A DNA stretch of 64,000 nt from Squalus acanthias. Taxonomy: Eukaryota. The notes under the pieces were generated by a model. That model was not told the DNA's origin. It saw only the letters and a program-made list of their open reading frames with translations, and did no database searches. Position 1 is the stretch's first letter, and each line of letters opens with the position of its first letter. Shown in pieces: positions 63,809-64,000 of the stretch. Location: assembly GCA_030390025.1 (NCBI GenBank), contig CM059431.1, positions 147,622,001-147,686,000 of the forward strand, in the 5' to 3' direction. The position numbers and the translations under genes are program-made.

Positions 63809-64000
63809 AGCGCGCAGCCTGTGTTGCAGAGCGGGGTCTCGCCCGGCTTCTGTGAGTTGCCATTGTCTGGAGCAGCTGACAGGATGTGGTGCTGCTTACA
63901 GACACACCCAGGCAGGCAGCACATGGCGCAGGAAGGAAGGAAGGAATGGCGGCTGCAGCTCGCCCGCTCGGCTCCTGCGTGAGTGAGTGCGTGAGGAGCT
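63809..64000 (+). other. CpG-rich segment, possible promoter and first exon running off the window
   Basis: GGAATGGCGGCTGCAGCT... (MAAAARPLGSC) followed by donor-like GTGAGT near 63979. Confidence 0.35.

Overview
Vertebrate genomic DNA, most likely a cartilaginous fish (shark-type CR1/HER1 LINEs, a 67-bp minisatellite, two-exon GPR139-like receptors); the taxon is inferred, not proven. More than half of the window is non-LTR retrotransposon debris: many CR1 copies in both orientations, three of them near full-length with ORF1, plus a second CR1/Zenon-like family and an L2-like copy. The only well-supported host genes are two convergent, paralogous two-exon GPR139-like class A GPCRs (15745-17159 +, 35026-33621 -). 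They share a promoter, a highly conserved intron block and an upstream 48-bp minisatellite. From about 42.4 to 54.4 kb lies a decayed tandem array of a gene-like unit (GC/CCAAT promoter, candidate exons, 67-bp minisatellite) that I cannot assign to a known family. Also present: hairpin-rich MITE-like elements, an orphan ZNF143/CCAAT promoter-like site, a tRNA-Lys pseudogene and a possible first exon at the right edge. Most short ORFs in the track are LINE fragments or their antisense shadows. All identities and alignments were judged by eye.
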